NCBI GenBank assembly: GCA_963676615.1
Contig: OY781092.1
Location: 320,001 to 384,000, forward strand
Source: Candidatus Cloacimonadota bacterium
Lineage (GTDB): Bacteria > Cloacimonadota > Cloacimonadia > G963667145
Length of the DNA stretch: 64,000 bases
Direction of reading: 5' to 3'
Position numbers and translations under genes: made by a program. A model generated the notes under the pieces. The model made no database searches and had not been told where the DNA came from. It worked only from the letters and a program-made list of their open reading frames with translations. This document shows positions 16,789-26,321 of this stretch, in pieces. The number at the start of each line of letters is the position of its first letter. The first letter of the stretch is position 1.

Positions 16789-18324
16789 ATGAAGAAATTT
16801 ACACAAAAGCAGTATAAGAAGCTGTTTGAGATTGCGGGTAGAACGGCGTCGGTGTTGCCGTTTGCGAGCGATACGCCTGCTGAGCGGCAAAAGCGAAAGG
16901 AAAAGGCTACACGCCAAAGCTGGCAGGGGTTCGAGTGTTTTTGCAAAATATATTTCCCGCATTTTTTTGAGCTTGGATTTTGCGATGCGCATAGGGAGAT
17001 GTGGCAAAGGACGCAAGGGAATTGTAATGGGATTACGGCGATTACGGGGTTTCGAAGGCTTGGGAAAACGGTGCTGATGGGCGTTGCGTATAATATTTGG
17101 CTGATTGTTTTGGGTGAAAAATACAGCGTGCATGTTGCGGCGGACGAGGGGTTGGCGGAAGAGCGGACGATGTTTATTTATAGCGAGCTGACGAACAATA
17201 AGCGGCTCTTGCACGACTGGACTTGGCTGGCTATCAAAGGCGGCGAGGAGAAAGATTTTTATCTGCAAAACGATAGCAGGGTGCGGGCAAGAGGTATCAG
17301 CCAGGCGGTGCGAGGGACTATCAACCCACGCACAGGAAAGCGTCCTGGATTGATAATTTGCGACGATATTGATGCAGAGAAAAATATGGGAAATTTCAGC
17401 ATCGGCAAGCGGAAAATGGAGAAGATAAATGAAGAGATTAGCGGAGCGTTGTGTCCAGGCGGACGGTGTTTGTGGTTGGGGAACTTGACGCATCCGAATT
17501 ACGCTATTTCGCAATTTGCGGAGTTGATTAAGGGCGAAATTTTGGCAGAAGAAAGAGGCGCGAGAGTTGACGCGAGAAAGCATTTTATAAGCGGGAGGAA
17601 ACAGCTTTTGCGGTTTGCGCTTGAAGACGAAAAAGGGCGGTCTGTGTGGGAAGAGCAGTATCCGACGCAAGAGCTGGGAGAGTTGCGGAAACAATACGGT
17701 CACACGGGCTATCAGCGGGAGATGCTGGGCAAGCCAGTGATCGAGGGCAACATTTTCAAAAACGAGTGGTTTAAGGAATACAGTCGCATCGACGAGAAGG
17801 TTAAGCAGGTGTGGATGTATGCAGATCCTGCGTGGGGCGAAAAGGGTTGTTATAAGGCGATTGTGAGCATCGCGTGGACAGGTAGCAAGTTCTATCTGTT
17901 GCACGCGTGGGTTAGGCGGACGAAAAACAGTGTGTTTTTTGAGGTTTATACGGATATTTTTGCGGAGCTGGATAGGCGGTATGGGGCGAGATTTCGGGCG
18001 GCGATTGAGTGCAACTATGGACAAGAGCGGATTTTGGCGGATATGGACGAGTGGTGCGGGCAAAACGCACGCCCGAACATCTCGCATTTGGTTAAGAAAA
18101 TTTATAACAGAGAGAATAAAAATCTGCGGATCGAACGGACGGAAACTTATATCGAGAGCGGGAAGTTGCTATTCCCGAATGGGCAAGATATGCCGACGCT
18201 GAAGGCGCAGTTTTTGACTTATCCTGACGGCGAGGTTGATGCACCTGACGCGGTTGCAGGATGTCTGGAGCGATTTGGGAATTACAGCAAAAGAAAGCTG
18301 CGAATAAGGAGTTATAATGCCTAG
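16789..18324 (+). CDS. Terminase large subunit
   Basis: GFRRLGKT, LIICDD, YADPA, DAPDA; start moved past the terminator. Confidence 0.88.
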   Translation: MKKFTQKQYKKLFEIAGRTASVLPFASDTPAERQKRKEKATRQSWQGFECFCKIYFPHFFELGFCDAHREMWQRTQGNCNGITAITGFRRLGKTVLMGVAYNIWLIVLGEKYSVHVAADEGLAEERTMFIYSELTNNKRLLHDWTWLAIKGGEEKDFYLQNDSRVRARGISQAVRGTINPRTGKRPGLIICDDIDAEKNMGNFSIGKRKMEKINEEISGALCPGGRCLWLGNLTHPNYAISQFAELIKGEILAEERGARVDARKHFISGRKQLLRFALEDEKGRSVWEEQYPTQELGELRKQYGHTGYQREMLGKPVIEGNIFKNEWFKEYSRIDEKVKQVWMYADPAWGEKGCYKAIVSIAWTGSKFYLLHAWVRRTKNSVFFEVYTDIFAELDRRYGARFRAAIECNYGQERILADMDEWCGQNARPNISHLVKKIYNRENKNLRIERTETYIESGKLLFPNGQDMPTLKAQFLTYPDGEVDAPDAVAGCLERFGNYSKRKLRIRSYNA

Positions 18325-18775
18325 GGCGACGAACACTAGAGCGAATAAAGAGCGAATAAAGCAGGCAAAGGCGATGTATCTGGCAGGCAATACCGACTCG
18401 GCGAATTTGGCTGCGATTTTTAATGTGAGCGAGCGGACGATTTTGCGCTGGATAGCAAGTTACGGCTGGGCGACGGAAAAATCGGAAGAGCAGCAGCTCG
18501 AGGCAGAAATCGACAAGGCGGTAAAAAAAGCACTGCTGGAGGCTTTGCGTAACTACAAAGATAATCCAGGCGAGGTCGCGCTGCAGAGTCTAACGAGTCT
18601 GCTAAAGCAATATATGCAAAAAAACAAGCCCGCAAAGGAGCTGAACGAGTATATTTTGCTGTTTGTAGAGCAGGTGGTTGACTACGCACTCGACAACGAT
18701 CTGGAGAGTTTGCGCGAGATTTGGCAGGAGAATTTGGTGAAGATTGCGGAGTATTTGAGGGCGAAAAATGGTTAG
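18317..18775 (+). CDS. Putative terminase small subunit (HTH)
   Basis: AKAMYLAG...LAAIFNVSERTILRWIASYGW. Confidence 0.65.
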   Translation: MPRATNTRANKERIKQAKAMYLAGNTDSANLAAIFNVSERTILRWIASYGWATEKSEEQQLEAEIDKAVKKALLEALRNYKDNPGEVALQSLTSLLKQYMQKNKPAKELNEYILLFVEQVVDYALDNDLESLREIWQENLVKIAEYLRAKNG

Positions 18776-19649
18776 TAAACGAGCCTACGACGCGGCTATG
18801 AAGACTTATTATCGCGTGTTGCTGAACGCGTGGGATTTGCAGGCGAAAAAGGCGGCTAGAGCGGCGATTAAGATGCTGTCGGATATGCCGAAAAATCGCA
18901 AGTTTAGCGAAAAAGATGTGTTGCTGTTGGGCTTGCAAATAGATCAGCAACTCGGCGCGGATTTCGCGGCAAGGGTGCAAGAGGCGAGCAAAGGCTACAT
19001 CGGGCGCTGTTACGATTATGGTTTGGGCGATGCTGGCGGACGATTGCGGATAAAAGTCGGCAGGTGGAATGCGGAAGATGCGGGGCTGGTGAGCCAAATC
19101 GAGCGGCACAATTTGTTTTGGATAGGCAATCACTACGGTTCGGATGTCAAAAGTGGTCTTGAGAAAAATTTGAAAGATTTTGTGAACAAGGGGCTGACAA
19201 AGGAGCAGATGGCGACGGCTCTGGCAAAGGAATTTGCTGGAGTAAAAGACAAGGGGAAAGCGTATTGGCAGGGGTTGGCGGAGCACACGGCGCTGAAGAC
19301 GGCGGAGTTTAGCAGGATACAGCAATATAGCAGAGCTGGTGTAAAGGGTTACAGATTGTTGATTGTGTTGGATGAGAAGACAAGCCCGATTTGCCAGGCG
19401 TTGCGTCGGCAGCACGGCAAGACTGTTTTTGGAGTGCAGAAAGCGCGCGAAGTTGTGGACGCGTGCCTAGACACGAATTTTAAGAGCTTAAAAGAGGCGA
19501 GGGCGCATTTGCAGAGGCTGACGCCGTTTGTAAGCGAAAAACAAGTAGAAAAAGATGAAAATGACAAACCTGCTGGAATTGTGGGGGAAACGAGTTTGTT
19601 TCCGCCGTTCCACTGGAAGTGCAGAACTTCCACAGTTCCAGTAGTTTAG
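18768..19649 (+). CDS. Head morphogenesis protein (Mu gpF/SPP1 gp7-like)
   Basis: LDEKTSPIC...FPPFHWKCRT. Confidence 0.85.
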   Translation: MVSKRAYDAAMKTYYRVLLNAWDLQAKKAARAAIKMLSDMPKNRKFSEKDVLLLGLQIDQQLGADFAARVQEASKGYIGRCYDYGLGDAGGRLRIKVGRWNAEDAGLVSQIERHNLFWIGNHYGSDVKSGLEKNLKDFVNKGLTKEQMATALAKEFAGVKDKGKAYWQGLAEHTALKTAEFSRIQQYSRAGVKGYRLLIVLDEKTSPICQALRRQHGKTVFGVQKAREVVDACLDTNFKSLKEARAHLQRLTPFVSEKQVEKDENDKPAGIVGETSLFPPFHWKCRTSTVPVV

Positions 19650-19658
19650 GAGGTAAAG

Positions 19659-21935
19659 TTGAGTGAGATATATCACACTTATACGGTAGAAAGAAAAGTT
19701 GTGGTTGATGGAGAGACGAAACAAGCAACTGGGTTGAGTTTGGGTTTGCGAAGCGTTGAAAACGAAAACGATTTTTATCCGATGCAAGAGACAGCTGCAG
19801 GTATTTATAAGGTTGAGAATGTGCCTGAGGGGGCGTATCTTTTGCGCAATACGGGTGAACACACCACAGACGCGAAGATGGTTGTGATAGGTAATAGGTG
19901 GCTGGGGCAGATGCCAGATCACGAATTTAGTAGTGTTAATCTTCGTTTTCAAAAGCCAGACGGCAGTTGGGGAGAGTGGTTTACAATTAAAGGAGAAAAA
20001 GGGGATAAAGGGGATGATGGGATTGATGGACAGCGAGGTTCTCCAGGTGCAGATGGTATAGACGGGAAAGATGGAAAAATGCCTTGGCACGAGGTAAAAT
20101 GGGATAATAGCGCAATTCGCTGGCAAAATCCAGATGGATGGGGGGAATGGGTTCAAACTAAAGGAGATAAAGGTGATCCTGGCGAAAAAGGAGACAAGGG
20201 AGACAAAGGCGACAATGGTCTAGACGGGGCTGTTGGTGCGAAAGGAGATAAAGGAGACACTGGGGACAAGGGGGATGTTCCAGACCATATTATAACTGGC
20301 ACTTATATAAAGTTTCAAAAGCCTGATGGTAGTTGGGGTCCGAGAATTGAAGTTAAGGGTGATAGAGGGGAACGGGGCTATGCTGGTGTAACTGGAGCAA
20401 AAGGTGACAAAGGTGACAAAGGTGACAAAGGCGACAAAGGCGACCCTGGCGAGGAAGGTGCAAAGGGTGAGAGAGGCGAGAGGGGGTATGACGGTATGGC
20501 TGGCAAGCCTGGTGCAAAGGGAGAAAAGGGAGACCAAGGTCCAATAGGGGGGTATCCAGACCATAAAGTAGAAGGGAGTTTATTGTATTTTAAGCGTCCT
20601 AGTGGCAATTGGGGTTTGCCTATTAATCTAAAAGGCGATAAGGGCGATAAGGGAGACAAAGGCGACAAGGGTGATATGCCAAAAATAGGTATGTCTGGGC
20701 ATAGTATCTATTATCAGTTGCCAGATGGGACATATTCGCGGCCTGTGAATATCAAGGGTGATAAGGGTGATAAGGGGGATAAAGGAGGTCCGCCAGATGT
20801 TTTTTGCGACGATACTTGTATTTGGTTCGAAAATAGCGATGGAAATTTTACAACTATGCAAGTCAAAGGGGATAAGGGAGACACTGGTGCTAAAGGAGAA
20901 AAAGGAGATGTTGGGGCAACTGGTGCAAAGGGGGTAAAGGGCGACAAAGGCGAAAAAGGAGATCTTGGCGAGAAAGGCGAAAAGGGCGACAAAGGCGAAA
21001 AAGGCGACAAAGGCGAAAAAGGAGATCCTGGCGAGAAAGGCGAAAAGGGCGAAAAAGGGGATACTGGTGATGGTGCTGGAGGGAGCATTGAAACAGAGAC
21101 AATTGTAACTGTCTCGGGGACGGTTCAAGGTGATTTTGACACACTGAATGATGCCCTGGCATATATGTCTAAACGGTATCCTGCATACACGGGTTCTAGC
21201 TTTGATTGTAAAATTTTACTTCTGAGTGGATTCGAATTGCGAGAGCAAATTTGTCTCAGGAATATAGATTTGAGTTGGTTAGTCCTTGAAGCTGAAGATG
21301 ATAAGGTTTTAGTTTCAGACGACTTTGTTCAAGAGTGTGCCGCGCTAGAAGATTACAAAAAAAAAGGAGTGTTTGTTTTTGAGAATTGCCAAGGGTTTAA
21401 GATTAAAACTTGGTTAAGATTGAAAATTGGCGGTGTTTTTAGTAGCTTTATATATTGTGACAACAGTAAGGTTATTATAGAAAATGGCGGAATTTCCAGT
21501 TTGGACATAGGCATCTATGCAAGTAATTCGAACATTGTTATAAATGAAAGCACTCTCTATATCGAGGGGCTTTCTTTTAATAGCAACAGCTTCGTTACAA
21601 TAAAGGACAGTTGTATTGATGTCGGCTATGCAACTGTGCCTCATTTTTTTGTCACGAGCAGTTCAGCAGTAGCAGATAATTGTTCTTTCGACGGCGGCAT
21701 TAAGATAGAAGAAGGAGGGAAAATGTCAATACGGGACTCAACTGTCGGGAATTCTTTTACTAGCATACTTGTAAGTGCTAGCGAATTGTATGCATTGCGT
21801 TTAGAGGCAACATCATCGGAAGGAGTTAGGATAGAGAAGGGCGGAATAGCTAGATTAGTCAGCTTTACGGGGAAAGCGGTGAAAACTGTCGATTCTCCCC
21901 TTGGTGAGGAAGTAGGCTTTATTTACAAAAGTTAA
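19659..21935 (+). CDS. Collagen-like tail fibre protein
   Basis: G-X-Y (GDK/GEK) tracts alternating with ~6 PDH...FQKPDGSWG modules; beta-helix-like C-terminus. Confidence 0.8.
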   Translation: MSEIYHTYTVERKVVVDGETKQATGLSLGLRSVENENDFYPMQETAAGIYKVENVPEGAYLLRNTGEHTTDAKMVVIGNRWLGQMPDHEFSSVNLRFQKPDGSWGEWFTIKGEKGDKGDDGIDGQRGSPGADGIDGKDGKMPWHEVKWDNSAIRWQNPDGWGEWVQTKGDKGDPGEKGDKGDKGDNGLDGAVGAKGDKGDTGDKGDVPDHIITGTYIKFQKPDGSWGPRIEVKGDRGERGYAGVTGAKGDKGDKGDKGDKGDPGEEGAKGERGERGYDGMAGKPGAKGEKGDQGPIGGYPDHKVEGSLLYFKRPSGNWGLPINLKGDKGDKGDKGDKGDMPKIGMSGHSIYYQLPDGTYSRPVNIKGDKGDKGDKGGPPDVFCDDTCIWFENSDGNFTTMQVKGDKGDTGAKGEKGDVGATGAKGVKGDKGEKGDLGEKGEKGDKGEKGDKGEKGDPGEKGEKGEKGDTGDGAGGSIETETIVTVSGTVQGDFDTLNDALAYMSKRYPAYTGSSFDCKILLLSGFELREQICLRNIDLSWLVLEAEDDKVLVSDDFVQECAALEDYKKKGVFVFENCQGFKIKTWLRLKIGGVFSSFIYCDNSKVIIENGGISSLDIGIYASNSNIVINESTLYIEGLSFNSNSFVTIKDSCIDVGYATVPHFFVTSSSAVADNCSFDGGIKIEEGGKMSIRDSTVGNSFTSILVSASELYALRLEATSSEGVRIEKGGIARLVSFTGKAVKTVDSPLGEEVGFIYKS

Positions 21936-21953
21936 ATTAAAAGGGAGTAAAAA

Positions 21954-22220
21954 ATGGAAAATCCAATAATTGCAAATTGCGCCGAAGGCGCTTGGACGCT
22001 AGTGGCGGGTAATTTAGTTAAAGGTGATGTGCATACACTCGGAGACGCTAAGGTGTCTTATTTTATTACATACAGAAAAGTTGGAGACCCTGCGCCAGCT
22101 GGCACAAGCGAGCTCGTGCAGATGGAAAAACACAACAGCGTAAACAAGGAAGAGGGTTTGGATGTGTATGTTTATTGCGCTAGCGGTGCGGGGAAAGTGG
22201 CGGTGTGGCGCTGGCAATAG
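21954..22220 (+). CDS. Hypothetical virion protein
   Basis: 88 aa, RBS GGGAG. Confidence 0.6.
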   Translation: MENPIIANCAEGAWTLVAGNLVKGDVHTLGDAKVSYFITYRKVGDPAPAGTSELVQMEKHNSVNKEEGLDVYVYCASGAGKVAVWRWQ

Positions 22221-22228
22221 GGGGTAAA

Positions 22229-22987
22229 ATGGGGAAGATGTTTATTGGAGATCAGTTTGGTTCGAATACAAGCGGGGCTGGAAATAGCTCAACAACGCCA
22301 GATGCAAGCGGCGGCTGTCCGATTTTGTTTTTTATTAAGACTGGCAAAAGAGCGACGGGCGATTTTTCGACTACGGACGAGCTTGGCTATCACTATCACG
22401 AAAATTGGACACGGGCGATGTTGGATATTTCCCTTGGCAACGACGCTGTAAATAAGGCACAGCGGGGCGTTTGGGAAAGTCCGAGGCTGGTTGAAAATGT
22501 CGGCAACTTTTGGACAAATACAGATATGCGGATGATACACTACAAACACGATTCGACGAATTTCCCCGATACTGCTGTTATTTTATTAGCTTTAAAAAAT
22601 ACAACTAACGCTGAAATTGTTAAAAGTTTTGTGCAGTTTGGATCGAACAACAGCTCTCTTTGCGGGAAGATGAGCGCGAACTTGCTGTCGCCGAATGTGG
22701 ATTGCACAGCGCTGGATTGGACGAATTTGAGCTATTACACGGTTGCTGGCGGAACGAGGTCGCAAGAGGTTTTTGTGCCGATTGCAGCAGGGCAGACGGT
22801 GTTGGTCGAGCTGAATTGCCCTGCCTACTGCTCGGCGACCTACGGCAGTTTGTATGAGATGCTACTCGCGATTGGCATCGAGGGCGGCGATACGATTTGC
22901 ACAGACGGCGTTTTGGCAGATTTGGCGATGTTGCAGGCGATAAAAAACAAAGCGGTGAGCGACCCGCTGGATTTGTGGAGGTTGTGA
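22229..22987 (+). CDS. Hypothetical virion/fibre-associated protein
   Basis: Long ORF; ATG after GGGGG. Confidence 0.6.
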   Translation: MGKMFIGDQFGSNTSGAGNSSTTPDASGGCPILFFIKTGKRATGDFSTTDELGYHYHENWTRAMLDISLGNDAVNKAQRGVWESPRLVENVGNFWTNTDMRMIHYKHDSTNFPDTAVILLALKNTTNAEIVKSFVQFGSNNSSLCGKMSANLLSPNVDCTALDWTNLSYYTVAGGTRSQEVFVPIAAGQTVLVELNCPAYCSATYGSLYEMLLAIGIEGGDTICTDGVLADLAMLQAIKNKAVSDPLDLWRL

Positions 22988-23157
22988 TGGAGATGAAGAG
23001 GTTTCTGATTTTTGAGAAAAATGAAGACGGACAATGGGAAGAGGTTGGCGTAAAGCTAGCACCTGCAAAGCCGAAAGAAAGCGACGCGCTAAGATATGAA
23101 GAGGTTGATCTCGACTATGTGATGAAGATCGAGGAGGACGACAATGGCGGACATTGA
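22987..23157 (+). CDS. 56-aa hypothetical protein
   Basis: MEMKRFLIFEK...; overlaps both neighbours. Confidence 0.45.
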   Translation: MEMKRFLIFEKNEDGQWEEVGVKLAPAKPKESDALRYEEVDLDYVMKIEEDDNGGH

Positions 23158-23434
23158 TACGAAATTTGAATTGTTGATGAAAGATTTGAACACGCTTGTG
23201 GCAGACCAAAATAAGTTGTTGAAACGGTTTGAGAAAAACGACGAAAAGACGAACAAGATTTTTACTGTGCTGTTGGGTGTAGGTGGAAAATGCGGGCTTT
23301 TGGAAGATTTGGCGACGATGAAGCGGGAGATGTCGGATGTAAAAATTTTTAAGCACAAGCTGATTGGCTATGTTGGCGGAGCGTATGCGTTGCTTGGGTT
23401 GATAGCGATTTTAGTGCGATTGGGGGTGTTGTAA
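23144..23434 (+). CDS. Holin-like protein (coiled coil + C-terminal TM)
   Basis: C-terminal LIGYVGGAYALLGLIAILV; upstream of the lysozyme gene. Confidence 0.55.
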   Translation: MADIDTKFELLMKDLNTLVADQNKLLKRFEKNDEKTNKIFTVLLGVGGKCGLLEDLATMKREMSDVKIFKHKLIGYVGGAYALLGLIAILVRLGVL

Positions 23435-24270
23435 TGTTTGGATTTTTAGGGAAAATTTTGGGTGGCAAGACGGTCGAAAAAGGGCTGGATTTGGCAGACA
23501 AGGTGTTTTATACAGAGCAAGAAAAGGCGCACACAGACTTGGAGTTAGCTAAGGCGTATGGGCAGAATAGCCCCGCCAGCTCAAAGGCTCGCAGGTTTAT
23601 GATGTATTTGTTTTGTGTTCCGTTTATGCTGTGCTTTTTGACGGGGTTTGTGCATTTGCTACTCGGCAATTCTGCAGAGATAAACAACATAATAAACTAT
23701 GTAAATCTCTGGAATTTGCCCGCGCTGGTGGGAGGTATTTTGCTGTTTTACTTCGGAAGGCAAGCGATGGCAGAGGCGCAGAGCAACAAACGAATTGCGA
23801 ATTTGGCGTTGTTGAAAAAGGAAGAGGCGAAGATTGCCGATTTGCCGAAAAGCAAAAACGACAAAGTGCTGGAAAATATGATTAAGAAGCACGAGGGGCT
23901 AAGGCTAAAGCCGTATCGATGCACGGCTGGAAAATTGACTGTCGGAATTGGGCGCAATCTGGACGATAGGGGTATAAGCGAAGACGAGGCTAACTACTTG
24001 CTTCAAAACGATATAACACTCTGCAAAATCGATTTAGACGAGAATGTTGGCTGGTGGCGCAAACTGAACAAAAATAGGCAAAGAGTGCTGATAGATATGT
24101 GTTTCAATCTCGGGATTGCGCGTCTTTTGCAGTTCAAGAAGTTTTTGCAATTTTTGCAGAAAGGTGAGTGGGAAAAGGCGTCAAGCGAGATGCTGGACAG
24201 CAGATGGGCGAAGCAAGTCGGAGTGAGAGCCGACGAATTAAGCAGAATTGTTGAAACGGGGGGCTTATGA
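23434..24270 (+). CDS. Holin-like membrane domain fused to a lysozyme (GH24-like) endolysin
   Basis: N-terminal DKVFYTEQEKA plus two hydrophobic helices; C-terminal HEGLRLKPYRCTAGKLTVGIGRNL...DMCFNLG...MLDSRWAKQVG. Confidence 0.85.
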   Translation: MFGFLGKILGGKTVEKGLDLADKVFYTEQEKAHTDLELAKAYGQNSPASSKARRFMMYLFCVPFMLCFLTGFVHLLLGNSAEINNIINYVNLWNLPALVGGILLFYFGRQAMAEAQSNKRIANLALLKKEEAKIADLPKSKNDKVLENMIKKHEGLRLKPYRCTAGKLTVGIGRNLDDRGISEDEANYLLQNDITLCKIDLDENVGWWRKLNKNRQRVLIDMCFNLGIARLLQFKKFLQFLQKGEWEKASSEMLDSRWAKQVGVRADELSRIVETGGL

Positions 24271-24716
24271 TACCAGTTAGCACGGAAACGCTTAAAAAAA
24301 CGCTAAATTTGGAAGCGGTCGAAAACGATGTTTTGTTTGAAAAACACAAGTTGTCGATTTTGGCTGAGATTACACGGATTACAGAGCAAGAACACTACAA
24401 TCGAGCGCTCTCGGATGCGGACGAGAACGAAACAAGAGCCGCCGCGTTCGAGCTCGCATATTGTTATTTGATGTTTGCGCAGGTAGCAGATTTATTGAAT
24501 TTAGGCGCGTCGGACAAGGGGTTTGTGAGCACGATTGGGTTTGACTCGGACAGGGTTAGTTTGCTTTCAGTTGAGCAAATTTCAGCGCTGCAAAGCAAGC
24601 ACAAAAAGAGCGCATTTAAGGCTCTTTTGCCGTATTTGAATGCGGCTGGTAGAGCCGAATATCGCCGCCAGAATGGTGAAATAAAGGGGCAGCAGTGTCG
24701 AGTCGCAGTCGTGTAG
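24267..24716 (+). CDS. Putative head-tail connector/hypothetical protein
   Basis: 149 aa in the late operon. Confidence 0.5.
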   Translation: MIPVSTETLKKTLNLEAVENDVLFEKHKLSILAEITRITEQEHYNRALSDADENETRAAAFELAYCYLMFAQVADLLNLGASDKGFVSTIGFDSDRVSLLSVEQISALQSKHKKSAFKALLPYLNAAGRAEYRRQNGEIKGQQCRVAVV

Positions 24717-25195
24717 CTGACAAGGATTTAGAGCCGATTTTTGCGGATATTTATAGAGCTGTAGAAGACGCAATCCGCAGGCGGTTGGAGTTGATAGGTG
24801 TAGCGCTAGACGGCAAAGCTAGGACGCTTGCAAGAGATGAGCAAATTCGAGACAAGGGCGATTTTATCGCGCATATGGGCTACAGCATCCGCAAAGATAG
24901 CAAGGGGTTTTTGCTGCAAATAGGATCGAATGCGGCGCACGCAGATTATGTGCTAGGCGGCAAAGTGCCAAGTCCGACGCCGCTAAAACCGCTCATCAGC
25001 TGGGTTGAGCGTAAAAAGTTGAGCTGGGTAGATAAGAAGACGAAAAAAGAGCTGACGGTCAAGCAGATAGCGCGTTTGGTGCAGCACAAGATTTACAAGA
25101 AAGGGATAAAGGCGCGCAATATTTACGCCGAAGTTTTAAAAAATCAAGAGAGTTGGATTTTTAGCCAGCTGATCAAAATAGGAGAGGGGAAATGA
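24695..25195 (+). CDS. Virion morphogenesis/tail completion protein (HK97 gp10-like)
   Basis: DKGDF...IGSNAAHADYV...PLISWVERK...IYKKGIKAR. Confidence 0.6.
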   Translation: MSSRSRVADKDLEPIFADIYRAVEDAIRRRLELIGVALDGKARTLARDEQIRDKGDFIAHMGYSIRKDSKGFLLQIGSNAAHADYVLGGKVPSPTPLKPLISWVERKKLSWVDKKTKKELTVKQIARLVQHKIYKKGIKARNIYAEVLKNQESWIFSQLIKIGEGK

Positions 25196-25950
25196 AGAGT
25201 CCGCTAGCGTATGTGGGAGGCAAGAGCAAGCTTGCCAAGACGATAATCGAGATGCTGCCAGAGCACAAAACCTATTGCGAGTGTTTTGCAGGCGCTGGCT
25301 GGGTATTTTTCAAAAAAGAGCCGATAAAGGCTGAGCGTCTGAACGACTTGGATAGCGATTTAGTGAGCTTTTATAGGGTGTTGCAAAATCATCCAGAAGA
25401 GTTTTTGCGTCAGTTTAAGTATATGCTAGCCAGCCGAGAGCTGTGGCAGGATGCAGGACGCCAGCTGGACGCAGGCGGACTTACAGATATTCAAAGAGCC
25501 GCACGCTATTATTACAGGATGCGGCTTGCGTTTGGCGGACGAGTTACAGGGCAGGCATTTGGTGCAAGTGTGGACGGTTTGCCGAGGTTTAATCTGTTAA
25601 GGATAGAAGAGGAACTGACGGCTGTCCATCTAAGGCTGGCGCAGGTTGTTATCGAAAACCTGCCATACGACAAGTTTATCGCCAAATACGACCGACCAGA
25701 GACTTTCTTTTTTGCCGACCCGCCATATTACAAAGCGCCGTATTACAAGCATAATTTAGTGTTAGAAGATTATGAAGCGATGCGGGCGAATTTGGAGCAG
25801 GTGAAAGGGAAGTTTTTGCTGACTATTAACGATTGCGACGAGATGCGGGAAGTGTTTAAGCAGTTCAAAATAAAGTCAGTTTCGCTCAGTTATTCTTTGT
25901 GCAAAGAGAAAAGCACAGTCGGCAAAGAGCTGATAATAACCAACTATTAA
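25192..25950 (+). CDS. DNA adenine methyltransferase (D12 class, Dam-like)
   Basis: YVGGKSKL, ECFAGAG, NDLD, DPPY, ELIITNY. Confidence 0.92.
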   Translation: MKSPLAYVGGKSKLAKTIIEMLPEHKTYCECFAGAGWVFFKKEPIKAERLNDLDSDLVSFYRVLQNHPEEFLRQFKYMLASRELWQDAGRQLDAGGLTDIQRAARYYYRMRLAFGGRVTGQAFGASVDGLPRFNLLRIEEELTAVHLRLAQVVIENLPYDKFIAKYDRPETFFFADPPYYKAPYYKHNLVLEDYEAMRANLEQVKGKFLLTINDCDEMREVFKQFKIKSVSLSYSLCKEKSTVGKELIITNY

Positions 25951-25965
25951 AGCGTTTCATTACGC

Positions 25966-25996
25966 AAAAAAGAGCCTCGAAAGAGGCTCTTTTTTT
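25966..25996. terminator. Bidirectional terminator
   Basis: AAAAAAGAGCCTC-GAAA-GAGGCTCTTTTTTT. Confidence 0.9.
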
Positions 25997-25998
25997 AT

Positions 25999-26096
25999 GT
26001 GTTTGTCGTCTCAAAAGTCAAACGACAAAAGCGTGAAAATCACAGAAAAACGACAAAGCGCTGAAAACGAAACGACAAAGCGAGTGACGAGCTATA
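25999..26096 (+). repeat. Prophage right end: transposase-binding site array
   Basis: AAACGACAAA(A)GCG at 26020, 26048 and 26070 (last two 22 bp apart); inverted TTTGTCGT at 26002-26009. Confidence 0.8.
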
Positions 26097-26321
26097 CTGG
26101 AAGCTTGGGAAGAAATTAAGAAAATGAGTGAAGATTATTAGTTTATTTTATACCAAGCTATTATTTTCGGCTTTGATGGAAATGTTATGCTACCCGAGAC
26201 TGTTTTATATACTATACCTATTTACGATCCTGTCTGGGCAACAGGACAATATAAAAGCTACTTCAATAAATACGAAGTTACCAATTTAGAATTTTTTAGA
26301 AAAAACTTGGAGGAAAAATGA
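26097..26321 (+). pseudogene. 3' remnant of a gene cut by the prophage
   Basis: 75-codon frame LEAWEEIKKMSEDY*FILYQ...NLEEK* with one internal TAG, ATGA-coupled to the next ORF. Confidence 0.45.

Larger units (their letters stand above)
1..26096. mobile_element. Mu-like transposable prophage, right part (left end outside window)
   Basis: DDE transposase + AAA MuB-like pair, GemA-like, DUF3164, terminase, portal, tape measure, lysis and methylase genes; clustered end-type repeats at 26.0-26.1 kb; the right boundary is inferred. Confidence 0.92.

Noticed and set aside
20160..21070. 9-bp tandem DNA repeats as regulatory or contingency loci
   Set aside because: In frame and variable at third positions; explained by collagen G-X-Y coding.
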